DNA from: the human T2T-CHM13v2.0 reference genome, Homo sapiens
Assembly (NCBI RefSeq): GCF_009914755.1
Contig: NC_060928.1
Strand: one strand, 5' to 3'
DNA length: 64,000 nucleotides
This document shows positions 27,335-43,573 of this stretch, in pieces (position 1 is the stretch's first letter; the number at the start of each line of letters is the position of its first letter). Below the pieces are notes generated by a model, which saw only the letters and a program-made list of their open reading frames with translations, made no database searches and was not told the DNA's origin. The position numbers and the translations under genes were made by a program.

Positions 27335-30300
27335 TTTGTAAATCGATTTGCCAAGATGCTCACACTTGAAAAAAAGAACTACTTTCTAGCATGTAAACTA
27401 GAAAACAGTTCAGTTTGAGTCCTGAAAAAAGTCATAAACAGGTTTGCTAGGGTTAAATTAAATTTTTCCTGACTCATTTCCTGGTCAGATTCATTATATT
27501 TAGCTTAGTATATCTTCTGTAAATGTTACTATTTTCTTTTTTTGTATACATTTTGTGAACTGTTATTTATTAGGTAGATATTTTAAGCAAATGCCTCATA
27601 TTAAGCACTAGGATTAGCCACCCTGTTTTACTGTTGGGAAAATGGCTCTGTAATCACAAAAAAAATACTGCTGACATAGTCATTGGTATGGTCTTTATTA
27701 CCTGAAAATATTTAAAGGATAGACTGTCTAGAAAAGACTGGAAATTTTTGGATATATTTTATTTCATAAATATATTACATTTGGGGTAAATAAAAGACTA
27801 CTCAAACTAAGTTTACTTTTTCTGAAATAGAATAAAATTGCAGAAATTATTGTAGAGATAAAGCATGATTTTGTATTTTAGGATGCACTTTCCATTGAAA
27901 TATGTACATTTATTCATTGACCTAACCATGACTTGAGGGCAGGAGCCTGTCTGCCAGTGGACAGTGAAAAGTAAAGTTCTATAATTGTCACTAGGATTGC
28001 ATTTCTTCTTCTCCTCCTTTTAAGGAAAAAAAAATTTAAAAAGTTTTGTAAAAAACCTAACAAATACCATTTCCGGATGATTTACATTCTGTAAAAATAG
28101 TGACAATTCAGTATTAAAACAGATTATGATCATGATGATAAATACATTTTATACATTATTCTATTTTTTCCCCATGCGATAAGTATCAGAATACAAATTA
28201 ACTAGCTTTTTGAAGAGCTATAAAACTGTGTGGCATTAAATAGAGAGTTTAATATCAGGGTTAGATTACTGCTCAGAGTTCACATTTTAGCCTAATTTTA
28301 GATAAGAAACTAGAATTGCCCTCCCTGCGGTATGTTCAACAGGGTTACAGTAATCACTTACACTTCTAAGATACCCTGAAAGAAACTGTCTTAAAGATGA
28401 GTCTGCAATACATCGTATAAATAAGTAGATCTTGGCTCCTAGAGTTAGCATTTACCATTTTCAGTATTGTGACAGAGTCAATGTTTTGCTGCTTAGTTCT
28501 AGCCTATCATGCTTCCTTGGCCAACTTAGCAACAACCCTTTTGAACAACAACAATCTTATTTATAGGTCTCACTTTGGTTCTTTTGAAAAACCTATTAAA
28601 ATAGATCCTTCCAATATATCCAAATACTACTCTCTTTTTCTGAGCTCAGCAAAGTTTCTAATTTTTTATTGTGCCATTTTTCATTAGTTTCTAGTTTTTG
28701 TTGATTGTGCCAGCTCAGTTTCATACTCAGAAACAAGAAGTACACCACCTATCCATTAGTTTAATAAAGAATTCTTTCAGCACCTACTCCGTACATTACA
28801 TTGCACAAGACCAAAGGAAATATAGAATATCCTAGTAACAGATAACCTCACTGGCAACCATTTAAAAAATCTAGTTAACAGTTAAGACATTACATGAATA
28901 AACAATTTGTAATCTAAATATGATAATATGTATGTCAAGTATCTGATCACAAATGTAATCTATATATATAAAAAAATCAAATATTTAAATAGCTGAAGGA
29001 GCTGTAAACAATATCCCATAAAAAGTTTCAACATCATTTATCCCATTTATTTTATAATTTTAGATATTCAATAAATGTTTATTAATTAGAATTTAATCCC
29101 CATCCCTGCTGCCTTAATTGTCTAGGGATTGCAGGGTACCCTATTTTCTTCCATTATGTTTCAGGAACACAGAGCAAATTACATATGCCTGGCAATTGAA
29201 TATGCTGAAAACAGCTTTACTAATCAGATATGGCCACAGTCCAAACACATTCACTTGACATTTACCCTGCAGGTCTATAACTTTCAGCTTCCCCAGGTGA
29301 GTGACATTCAGGATGTAATTGGTCATTGAATTTTCTGAGCTCGTATTATTGTAAAATGTGGCTATATGAAGAGAATAACACAGAAATAAATCTATTTTGC
29401 AAGTTCCATTTTAAATGGTATTAGATGAATATATAAATAAAAATGTTGTATTTGCAGGGCAACCTAGCCTTTCCATTTCTATACTTACATCTGCAAATGA
29501 GGACTGTTTGAAACTCTATAGTATCCTTCTTCCCATTAGAAATGTGCCCAAAGGCTTCCAAGTAATAGGAACATCCAATATACCTAATAAATAATAGATG
29601 TTCCTATTGACTATGGTTAATGTAGACTTAGTTCTCCTTCAGGATATGGAAAAACATTCAATTATTAATTTTTAAATGACACTCAAGAAATAAACTGTTT
29701 TAGGTTTAATCAGTAACTCTTAAAAGACCTATTGTTAAAAGATTGTATTATTTTCTAATATGTTTTTCTATACATGTTTCAAATAACTTGTGATACCCTC
29801 TTACCTCTACATTTGGGATCTCCCAAAGGCTAGTAGTATCTATCTCAGAGACTACATCTTCCATGTCTCTTGAAATGATTTCATCCTGTAAATTTTGGAT
29901 TTTAGATATTGTAAACATTTTGGTGTAATATGTATATTTTTATATTGGGCATCTTCGCATTTTGTATTGTCTGAAAATTGAATTCCTTACTTCTTTAGAG
30001 ATTTTAATATTAATAAAGTTTCTAATTTGCTCCTCTTTGTGATTCCAGTTTGAGTTGTAAGGTATCCTATATTTTAGATATTTTTGTATATTTACAAGTA
30101 AGAAGTCATTCATATTATGCTTAAATGGGACTGGAAAATCATTTATTTTGTAATTACCATACATTTAAAAGATGCTGTTAAAGGCCTTATGAAATCACAA
30201 CAAATGCCACGCAATTCCCAGACTTAAGAACCTTCAGTGCATTTCCATTGCACACCCAATGCATTCCTTGTGATTTTCAATATCTTCTCTGCATTTTGTT

Positions 30301-30454
30301 TGCTCTGGGCTCTTTATTATTAGCTTTTTGCACCTTACCCCAGAAAAAAACAGCAACGATTCTTGTTTTTCACACTGACCTACTTTTTAGCCCTTCCTCC
30401 ATTCTCCACATGCCAAAACACATTTCAGTTCTATTTCATAATAAAATTTTGCCC

Positions 30455-30680
30455 CTCACTCAGTTCCAGGCACTGTTCTATATTCTTTGTCTGTAAGTCA
30501 TTTATGTCCTCAGATAAATTGATGAAATTGTGATTATTCCCACCTTCATTTCATGGATGAAGAAACTGAGGCACAGTGAGGTTAAGTAATGGCTGGCAGT
30601 CATCCAACTAGTTTGTGGCAGAACTAATATTTGAATTCAAACAATAATCTTCTAGGATCTATACTCTTAGCTACCATACC
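30455..30680 (-). mobile_element. MIR SINE
   Basis: 'gatgaagaaactgaggcacagtgaggttaagtaa..gtggcagaact..atttgaattcaa'. Confidence 0.8.
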
Positions 30681-32521
30681 ACTTGTAACTACCAGCTCCG
30701 AGGAATAGTCATCTTACAAAGTATCCTAAACCCTGTAGACAAAAGTGACTTTACACTAGATTGTTTGTATCCTTTGGGTTTCTATGTTTGCTTTTATTAT
30801 AATTGAAGTTATGTTGTAATAATTAGCTTATGGGAAATAAACTAGTGAAATATTATTCATCTATTTCATAACCAGGTATTAAAGCAACAATGAAAATTTG
30901 AAAGTCCCCCTTAGGACTCTTCCCACCCCTTGCTCACCCACAAATATTCACTCTTTTAGCAATTTTTTTTTTCTAAATAAGAAAACCATAGAAGCTCCTT
31001 AAATAAAAGAGGATATAGAATAAAAACAGGTGAAAGAGTGCTTAGAAAGCATTATTCAGTAAGAAGTTTCAAAACTGTATAGTTTTGTCTTTTTTTAATG
31101 AGAAAGTTAATTATAGAAAAGTCACAAAATGAGGACTGAAATACTCGTTTGATGTTGATCAATATTACAGTTTTGGCCATATTCACATGTAAATGTCTTC
31201 TTTGTTCATTTATCCAGTACCTTTGCTTATATTTTGTACATCTTAGGTACAAAAGGTTTAGCATCTATTTACCAAATTCTTTCTGATTTCTGGGAAATAG
31301 GATAAATACTTCTCCTTATTTACCCTAAATTCACTGAATGCTTATTTTTCTTTCTTCAAACTTACATTTTTTTAAACCAAAGCTGACTAGTAGAGATTTA
31401 GATACCAGAATGTTTGCTGATTGTAGACAGAAGATTTTTAAAAAGCAACAATATGTTATTGATTATCTGGTTCAGTTAGGTCTGAGAACAATAAAAATTC
31501 AGAAAGTATTAAAGAATGGAATTTGGAAGCATGTGGCACACAGTAGTAAAACAACTAATTAAACAGTAACTCATGGTCACCTAGAATTGAAGGGCACAAT
31601 TCAAGACTGAAAATCAAGTGGCCATTGATTAAAACTAATAAAAAATCCTTCATTTAAAAAATAAAAAAAAGGCATAACTGTTTGAAGAAGATGAGGAAAT
31701 AAGAATTGGAAGCAGATTGGATATCTCGAATAATTACAGAGAACCAGAAAAAAAGACATGGACAAACCAAAACATCTACAATTTACTCTCAAGGTGCAGA
31801 TTGAACCCCAGGAACTTTCTGTAACTCTGATGAAAGAGTTTCTTAATTCATGAAACCGTAAAGTCAAGGTAACCAAAATCTACATGCAAAATCTGAATTG
31901 GTTGCTTGCCAAGTTGCAATGTTACTAGGATTTTCAGTTTCACAAAATTTAAAAATAAAATTGAGGGTATTTAAGAATATATATAGAGAAGCTAAGAATT
32001 GAAATGAGACTCCTGGTAACTCATCTCCCAATCCCCAGAGGGGATTGCCACCTGAACCGCTGGTTATTATTCAGGAATGATTTCTTGCATTAGGTGCAGA
32101 TTGTACAATTACTTAATGTAAGTGAACTACGTGTGAGGGAAATCTAATTCTCCTTCCAGAAATCACTCTTTCTAACCTTTCTCTCCACCACTGCTCATTG
32201 CTTCTATACATACAACTAGAATCAGGACTTCTATATTCTGTTGGCAAATTAAAGTTAACAGAAAAAGTAGAAGGTTGACCTCACAAAAGTATTTCAAGAC
32301 TTTTCTCTTTTATATAAGCAAATTTTAAGATAATATATGTGGGAGTGGAGTTTGGAAGTACAGACAAAGAGCAAAGAAGATAATTGTAGATGAAGGTAAA
32401 TTTATAGAAATGGTTGAATTTACCTGTCATTCTATATTTAAATGTACTAGCACATTATTATTATCATGGGAAAAATACTGACAGCTATAGCTCATATTTG
32501 TTGAATATTTCTACAAGGCAC

Positions 32522-33051
32522 TTTTTTTAATTTGTGTTCTAAAATTAGTGTTTTTACATATAGTAAAATTCACTTTTTGTGTATAGGTCATTGAACTACA
32601 ACTAATGCATACAATCATGTAACCACCCCACAATCAACGTATAGATCAGTTTGAACATTCACCCCTCAAATCCCTCATAATCCCCTTTGGTAATCAGTCC
32701 ATCCTCTAACTTCTGGCCCATGGGAGCCACCCATCAATTGTATGATTTTGCCTTTTCTGGAATGCCACATAAGTGAAATCATGGAATAATGGGCCTTTTT
32801 AGTCTGGCTTCTTTCACTTAGCATAATCAATTATGTTTTTGCATCTACAAATATTTATTTTCTTTTTATTCCCTATAAGATCCTATTCTATGAATTATCA
32901 GATTGAAAAAAAATCACCAGTTGAAGATATTTGAATTTGTTCCATTTTTTAGAAATTATTTAATAAGAATAAAACTACTAAGAACAGTTGCATACAGGTT
33001 TTATGAACATAGTTTTTATTTCTCAGTTAAACATTTAGGAGTAGGATTTCT
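32522..33051 (-). mobile_element. Old L1 3'UTR (L1MC/MD/ME1-like); resumes at ~34998-35085 after the L1PA insertion
   Basis: 'catgtaaccaccccacaatcaa', 'ttttgccttttctggaatgccacataagtgaaatcat', 'gtctggcttctttcacttagcataat'. Confidence 0.75.
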
Positions 33052-35069
<2,018 letters not shown>

Positions 35070-35089
35070 TAGAACTCTTTTCCATTTAA

Positions 35090-36390
35090 TGTTAATTGTG
35101 GAAATAATTAGATGTAGGTATACCATTTTATTAGCATTTTTCCCCTCATTTTTTGTTTATCTGCTCCACTTCCGTATCATATTTAGATTATTTAAATATT
35201 TCTAGTACCCATTTTAATTGATCTACTCGATTCAGACCATACCCTTTGTATTTTTTGTGATCATTATATTTAAACCTCCACTGTCTACCCAAAATGTATA
35301 TTTATCCCTGCAAATAAAATATATAAACATTAAAACTGTATAAGTCCCTTTAGCCTCTCCACATAATATGACAGTTGCCATATGCATTACATCTACATAT
35401 ACTGATAATTCTCCAAGACAATTTTATAATTGTTGCTTTTTACGATAATATAAATTTTAAAAAATAAGAGGAAAAAGATAATATATTGTATTTACCCAGA
35501 TATTTGCCATTTCTGTTGCTGTTTGTTCCTGTAGTTCCAACTTCTCTCTGATCATTCCCCTTTGGCCTAAAGAACTTATCGGATAAGTATTTTTTTCAGA
35601 ACAGTTCAGCTGTTGAGAAATTATCGAAGATCTCATATTTGAGAAAATACCCACTTCATAGCTAAAGGTAAAGAATGTTTGTTTGCTGTTTCTTGTCTTC
35701 CAACTAGTGAATTACTTCATTGTTTCTGATAGAAAACTGCAGTTATTCTAATAATTGTTCTTGTATATGTACTGTGTCATTTGTTTTCTTGCTGCTTTTA
35801 TTATTTCTAATCTTTGACTTTTTAGTGGTTTGTTTATGGTGTGTTTGGGTGTAGTTTTACTTGAGTTTATTCTGTTTGAGGTTGTCTGAGCTTCTTAAAT
35901 ACATATTTTATTTATGTTTTAAAATTTAAGAAATTTTGATCCATTACTTCTTCAAATATTTTTCTGCACCAATTTCCTTCTTCTTTCCTCCAGGAAATCA
36001 AATAATAAAAATATTAATTTTTTAATATTGTCCTACAGTTTATTTCTGATAATCTGTTTTTATTTTTTGTTTTTCCAACATTTTCTGTCTTTTCTTGAGA
36101 TTAGATAATTTATATTCATCTATTTTCAAGTATACTGATGCTTTTCTCTGCCATCTCCATTCTGTTATTGAGCCTAGCCAGTGAATGCATTGTTATGGAT
36201 ATTATATTTTTTAGTTTAACAATTTTCATTATGGTTTTTCATTTTTTTAGTGGTTAACTCTGCTGGGAACTCCTATCTTCCCATCCATTGCAAGAATATT
36301 TACATTTATCTCATGTTGAATGGTTACAATAGGCACTTTGAAGTCTTTGTGCAGGTTTGACATTTGTTTATTGCATTTTCCTTTGAGAAT
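35090..36390 (-). mobile_element. Very old L1M (L1ME/M5-like) 5'/ORF1-region fragments; appear to resume at ~37075-37290
   Basis: 'gtgtgtttgggtgtagtttt..ttattctgtttgaggttg..gagcttctt', 'ccattacttcttcaaatatttttct', 'tttctctgccatctccattctgttattgagcctagccagtgaa'. Confidence 0.6.
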
Positions 36391-36501
36391 TGTCAAGAGC
36401 TGAGTTGGAGAGAACTGAGCTCCCAGGTATTTAGGTGGTCAGTTAAAGCAACAAGCCAAAATGAAAGTAACAGTAAAGCTTTTAGTCACTCACTGATATA
36501 G

Positions 36502-36909
<408 letters not shown>

Positions 36910-37089
36910 TAGACTGCAACTCCTTTCAGGGACTGAAGTCCACCCATTGTGCACCAAGTTTTTTATGGGAGAGCAGTTTTCCCCCATAAGGCCATCTAGG
37001 TAAAGATTTTGTAATTGCCTGGATCTGGGCCTGAAAGAGACATAGGATTCTGGCCTGGAGCCAAACTTGTCAAGCATTTGTCTTATTTT

Positions 37090-37093
<4 letters not shown>

Positions 37094-37137
<44 letters not shown>
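37094..37137. repeat. (TG)22 microsatellite
   Basis: Read directly from the sequence. Confidence 0.97.
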
Positions 37138-37140
<3 letters not shown>

Positions 37141-37589
37141 AATGTTGAGTAATTTTGATTTTTATCTGGGACATAGTTAATACTATGTTGCAAGCCTCAG
37201 ATGCTATTATAATCTTCTAAAGGCTGCAAGCCTCTGAAACTATTATAATTGCCCAACAGCTGTTAATCTTTTGTTTTGTGTTTGTTTTGCAGGGTTTTCA
37301 GGTACAAAACATTTATTTCATTACATAAGTGTTAGTGGAGAGTAGTGCCCTAGAGCTTATTTGCTTTAGTGGTTGACTTAAACCCTTATTCAACAATGAC
37401 AAAATAGTCATGAAACTGAAGTTTCAGATATTACTTGGTATAATATAGTGGAATAAATACAATATATAAGAAAATATGGGCTTGGGAATAAATTTAATAT
37501 GTATGGTCTTTTTGCCAGAACTTCCAATTTACTTGAGTATGTCTGTTCATCAGTAAAAAGGAGTTCCAGCTCAGATGGTTCTCTAGTGA

Positions 37590-38049
37590 ATTCTAAATTT
37601 AAGGAAGATATTATACCGATTCTTCATAATCGCTTCCATAAGACAGAAGCAAAAGGAATACTTCCCAACACAATTTAATAGGACAGCATTATCTTAACAC
37701 TGAAACCACACAAAATGGTTGTAAGAAAAGAAAACTACAGACCAATATCTGTCATGAAAGTATATACAAAATTTTCAACAAAATAACAAACCAAATCCCA
37801 ACATGTATAAAAATAATTATTCAACATAATCAAAAGGAATTTATTACAGGTATGCAAGGTGGGTTCAACATTCAAAAATCAATTAATGAAATTCATTACA
37901 TCAACTGGCTAAAAGAAGAAAAACCACATGATTGTATTAATAGATGAAGGTAAAGTATTTTATAATATCAAAAATCCATTCATAATAAAACACAATACCA
38001 GCCATATACAACCGACTCACAGCTAGTATCATATGGAATGGGGAAAACC
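37590..38049 (+). mobile_element. Old L1M ORF2 fragment
   Basis: 'gaaaactacagaccaatatct', 'caggtatgcaaggtgggttcaacattc', 'aaaaaccacatgatt'. Confidence 0.8.
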
Positions 38050-38344
38050 ATTCCAAGGAGTGTCCCCTTATTTCCCCTTGCTGAGAAGACCTGGCCTAAG
38101 AAAATTATCTGCATTTAATTATCAGCTACTACCTTTTCGTTGGTTAGATGATCACAGACTTCGAAAAAGCAACATTTAGTAACTGGCGTCATGATTGTTT
38201 GGGAAACAGTCACTTGTGTAACACAAAAGTATAGGTGCTCTACAAATCACCATTAAAATGTCTAATTATTGAATAGATTCTTAGAAATTAGCCAGACAAA
38301 TTGACAGATTATTAATTCAGCCACCTTTCCTGTTTTCTGCCATG

Positions 38345-38600
38345 TTTGTTCATTCACATACCCAATGTTAGTATTATTTAAGGGTTTTAATGTATCATGC
38401 ACCATTTTAAGCACAGGAGATACAGAAAACAAATCAGGCAAAATATTGGGCTTACAATTTAGCTAATTAAATAGATAATACAAAGAATAGACAATATTAT
38501 TCCAGACAACGGTATGTGCTACATCAGAGTAAGAGGATACTGACTAAAGGAAGTAGGTGATGTTTTAGATTAAGCAGAAGGGAGAACTCTGAGCAGAGTC
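38345..38600 (-). mobile_element. L2 fragment
   Basis: 'caccattttaagcacaggagatacag..ggcttacaatttag..attattccagacaacggtatgtgcta'. Confidence 0.5.
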
Positions 38601-39946
38601 TGCATACTTTGCAAATTTAATGTCAGGATAGAAGTCATACAGTACCTCAAAAACATGTTATTCTCTTCATATGATGTGACCACTTTTTCTTTAGTAGAAA
38701 TTAGTCATGATATCAATACAGCACTATAATTCAGGGGAACAGCATGTTCTCTACAGCAGTTGATTACAATGAAATCTTTTCTGTTCTGGAGTGGCCAGTG
38801 ATATTTCTCATGAAAATACATATTTCATCTGAATTTGTTTTTGCTTGTCATGCTTACTTTTTTCTGAAGAATTATTGAAGGGCTCTTTGGACTTATTAAA
38901 TGCCTTTAATTATGAAATAATATTCCACCCACACTGCTTCACATTCAAGAACTTATTTCAGAGTAAATAAAGTTATTTTTCAAGAGATTTTCTGATGTTA
39001 TTATACATATATCCTCTCACCCAAAAGTACCGTCCTTAAGAAAATAGGAGTTGACTAAGGATTCAAACTATGCTCAGATTAGTGACCCATACATGAAGCA
39101 TTTTTTCCAAAGGCAAAATACACATATCTTGTCTCTAAGATGTTAAAGTGGGATAGATCATTTGATTACTATAATTAATAATTCATTTGCAAGAGCAACA
39201 TGAGTTTTTATGTTTACTGGAGGACAAAAAAAAAGAGGGTTACTACTACACAAAGTGGGAAGGAAAGAGTGAGGATGAGAACCTAGAGTGTTTCTTTTAT
39301 TAACAAACACACTGTGCTAGTGTTAAGGAAATTTTAACTACATATGTTGGGCCATTTGGGTACTCTCTGTATAGTTTAACGCCACAGGCATACCTCTAAG
39401 GGCAAGTCCCCCACAGCTGGGAGCCCATAGAAACAAAAAGGTAATGGATAACAGAGAAGAGAAAACATGTCAGTCATGCCCAATTACCACTTACAGAAGT
39501 GGCAACTGTATCTCATACTAGCATCTCTTCACTGTTGTATTATATATAGTCACACCTGTATCATAGAGATAGATGTAACACATGTATAGATAGGTGTAAT
39601 TATAAATATATTCTATATCTGTCTATATTTTATAATACATACTATATGTTTAATATATTTATATTTTATATATAAATATATATATTTTATATATATGTGT
39701 GTGTATGTGTATATATCTTTATGTATGTTCTTTATCTTTGTTCAGATTTTTTTTCTTTCCTTTGCTTTCTTTTTGAATATAGGAAATGAGAGAAAGAATG
39801 GCCATTACCCAGAGATCTGGGGCTTGGAGATGGATGTGGAATTAATGGGCCTTGAGGTGTACTTCGTATTGATGGAGGATAATTGAATTGTTACTGGAAG
39901 CATAGTCAAGGGTAGTGAAACTATATGAAGAAAGGTCTGTATTGAT

Positions 39947-40547
39947 ATTGTGAAGCCAAAGTTGGGATTACTCAGGACATTTTTTTTCTTTTTGGCTTCC
40001 TAACATATAAGCCATTTTTGGAGAGATGGGAGAATTCTTACCATGTAAATGAATAGAGTTTACCTCCAATTGTAGAAACCACAAAGACTAGATATTCACT
40101 TCCCTAGTCACCCCTTTTAACTAGGACACCCATAAATTACTTAGCCTCAGAGGCCCTTGCCTGTGACTTGTCTTCAGGATTTATGACTCAAAAAAAGCAA
40201 AAACCATGTAAAATGCACTTAGAGCTAAAAGTTGTCATTAGTGAAAGCAGTGAAATCTAGTTTTCATGGGAAACAGTAGAATTCAATGTCCAATTCAGTA
40301 TCCATGGTGCAAGGCACCTGGTGTTGAGGTCTAGCAGCTGGTATCTTCACTCAACTAGTTTGGTGGGTGATATGGGCAATATCTCTGGCTGACTAGCTTT
40401 CTTTTTCTCCAGCCAACTTTCTGAGCCTGTTTCTCCTCATCCTAGAGATTCAGTGAACTGTCCAAATTAAGATCAATAAGTTATTTATTGCTTAATTAAA
40501 TAAGAGGTTACATTGCTTACAAATAAGCATCAAACATGACTAGTACA
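39947..40547 (+). mobile_element. LTR33-like ERVL solo LTR
   Basis: 'agatattcacttccctagtc..taactagg', 'tgatatgggcaatatctctggctg', 'gagattcagtgaactgtccaa..aataagtt..tgcttaa', ending 'tgactagtaca'. Confidence 0.6.
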
Positions 40548-41579
40548 TAAGTCGACTTTTGTTATATTTTAATCATTGCATATGGTATATTTTATTTGAG
40601 TCATGAATACATGTTGCCCATATCATGACACTGTATTGTTTCCTTTTAATTTTAATCATTTTTTTTCTTCTTATTTGTATGGTTTTGGCATTTGTCGATA
40701 CAGTCTGTAATTCCTTCTCAGGTCTTTTATATTACACATTTTATTTGTCATAATGTTTTTATTCTATTGCTGCCAGATGGTATTAACAGTGCTATTGAGA
40801 TTTTGGATATTGAGGAAATGGACTTAACCATTTCTATGTTATTTAATCCACTAAAGGTTACTTGTGATGTTCTAATATTAGTTTCAGAAGCCAAGTAAAG
40901 TGAATTGAATTATTCTGGTGTCATTAGATGTTTAACTTTTTGTACATTCCTCTGCTGTGTAATGTGTTTTTCCATTTCCTCCTTCTCAGTTTTTTGGTAT
41001 CAGAATTTGGTGTATAAAAAAGCACAATTACCAGCACACAACGCCTGGTATTTAAGGAATCTTATTAACATAATATGGACTAAATTTACTTTTAGAGATT
41101 ATGACTTCCAGAATTCAAAACCACATTTCCCTGTTATTATGTTTTATGGGGAATTATAAAATCACCCAGTTATAGCAAATGATATAAACGGGTAGAGAGG
41201 TTAGAAATTGGGAGGAATACTTAGTTAACCTCACAAAGCAATCCACTTGCTAAGGTCTATAACATGGAAATATGGAAAGAGAAGCTGGGTAGATTCAATA
41301 TTCCTTGATTTTAGTTTCGCAAAGCAAATAGAACAATGTTGGGTGCTAGTAGGGTTTCCTTATCCTAGCTCTATTGGTCTAATTTTCATTAGTACTAATT
41401 TTACCCGCATTCTACTTCTGTTAAATCATTCTTAAAAATAGAAACAATATTGTGACTTTTCTCTAAATAACTGGTTCTCTTGGATATGAGAGCATTTAAT
41501 AGAATAAATTTGGCAATAGTGACTTGAATTATACGTCAGATAAATTGAATATTCCCTGAACAAATGAAAATATGTTATT

Positions 41580-42060
<481 letters not shown>

Positions 42061-42259
42061 CTAAGTGTCTATTGCAAAAATCCAACAATGTACTATTAGT
42101 ATTATTTGTAAAATAATATGTTTATCTATGATGTCTATTCTGAAAGAGAAATCTCCCCAGAACGAAGTAAAGCCTTATTGCAGAGTTAGGAGACTGCTGG
42201 TTAGATATTTTGATTACTTATATTATTTCTTTACCAATGCTCATTTACATACTTTTTTT

Positions 42260-42961
42260 CTGACTGGCTTAGTTTGGGAAAACACCAAGATGTTGGTAAT
42301 TAGAACCAATGATAAAGTGGCTTAAAAAATGAGTTTCTTTTTTATCTGTCACTCCTGGCCGTGGCTTTGCTCAGTGCGTTCATTCAGGGACCCAGGCTGC
42401 TTCCATCCTGTTGTTCCTCCATTTCCCAGGGCAGGGGTCTGGAAACGTATGCCTGTAAATGAACAGAGTGTACATACTTTTAGTGTACATCCCAGAAGTA
42501 CTGTCTTTGTTGTAGCTCTTCATAATAGCCACAGTGATGGGAAAGTAGCCTCAGACTCCATGTCATGAGTGAGCATGGCTGCATTCCAATAAAATTTTTA
42601 ACAACAGGCAGAGGGAAGGATTTAGCCTGTAGCCTGCAGTTTTCCAACTACTGTATTAGGGCACTGTTGCTATAAGCATGGTTGAAGCTGGGTCACTGCC
42701 ATGTCTGCTTCCTCTGGAAGAAAAGAGAAAGAAAGTATGAAATGGACACACCAATTTCCTACCACCCAACAATGAAAATGACAGATACCACTTTTGGCTG
42801 GCATTCAAATTAAAAAAAAATGTCCACCATTTCTAATTATATGGAAGACTGGAAGATATAGTTTGGCTGGACAATAGTGTGCCTAGATGCAATTTGTTCT
42901 TTTTTTCTTTTGTACGGAAGGCACGAAAAATCAATTAGAGTAAAAAACAATTTCTGCCACA
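42260..42961 (-). mobile_element. Old MaLR LTR (MLT1J/K-like) interrupted by MER58A
   Basis: 'agtggcttaa', 'tcattcagggacccaggctgcttccatcctgttg', 'ggaagactggaagatatagt', end 'tctgccaca'. Confidence 0.6.
42432..42653 (+). mobile_element. MER58A (hAT-Charlie)
   Basis: 'caggggtctggaaac..ctgtaaa', 'gagcatggctgcattccaataaaattt..aacaggcag..ggatttagcctg..gcagttttccaactactg'. Confidence 0.8.
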
Positions 42962-43270
42962 TTGACAGATGATTGGTGAGGAAAAAAGTGGAAAATTAAT
43001 ATAGCAATATTCCAGTATGATTTAGCCAGGCAACAAAAGGAATAGAGAAAGGTTATCAACCTCCTAAATATATAAATGTGTATAAAATAAAATTAGATTT
43101 ATTAGAATTTTATATATCATGAAGCGATTCCTCATCATTATAAACTTTTAGATACTGAATAAATTAGCTGTGAGTTACAATGCTTAACAAATATTACACA
43201 TATCATGAAATTAGTATTTTTAAGCTCTCAGCTCATTTTTTCTTTCAGTTTGCATGCCTAACACATTCTT

Positions 43271-43573
43271 TTTTTTTTTTTTTTTTTTTTTGAGACGGAG
43301 TCTCTCTCCGTTGCCCAGGCTGGAGTGCAGTGGCGCTATCTCGGCTCACTGCAACCTCCACCTCCCCGGGTTCACAACATTCTCCTGCCTCAGCCTTCCG
43401 AGTAGGTGGGACTACAGGCGCCCACCAGCGCACCCAGATAATGTTTTGTATTTTTAGTAGAGACGGGGTTTCACCATGTTAGCCAGGATGGTCTCGATCT
43501 CCTGACCTCTTGATCCGTCCGCCTCAGCCTCCCAAGGTGCTGGGATTACAGGCGTGAGCTACCGCGCCCGGCC
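43271..43573 (-). mobile_element. AluY/Sc-like full-length Alu with 14-bp TSD
   Basis: Antisense Alu retaining many CpGs. TSD cctaacacattctt at 43257-43270 and 43575-43588. Confidence 0.95.
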
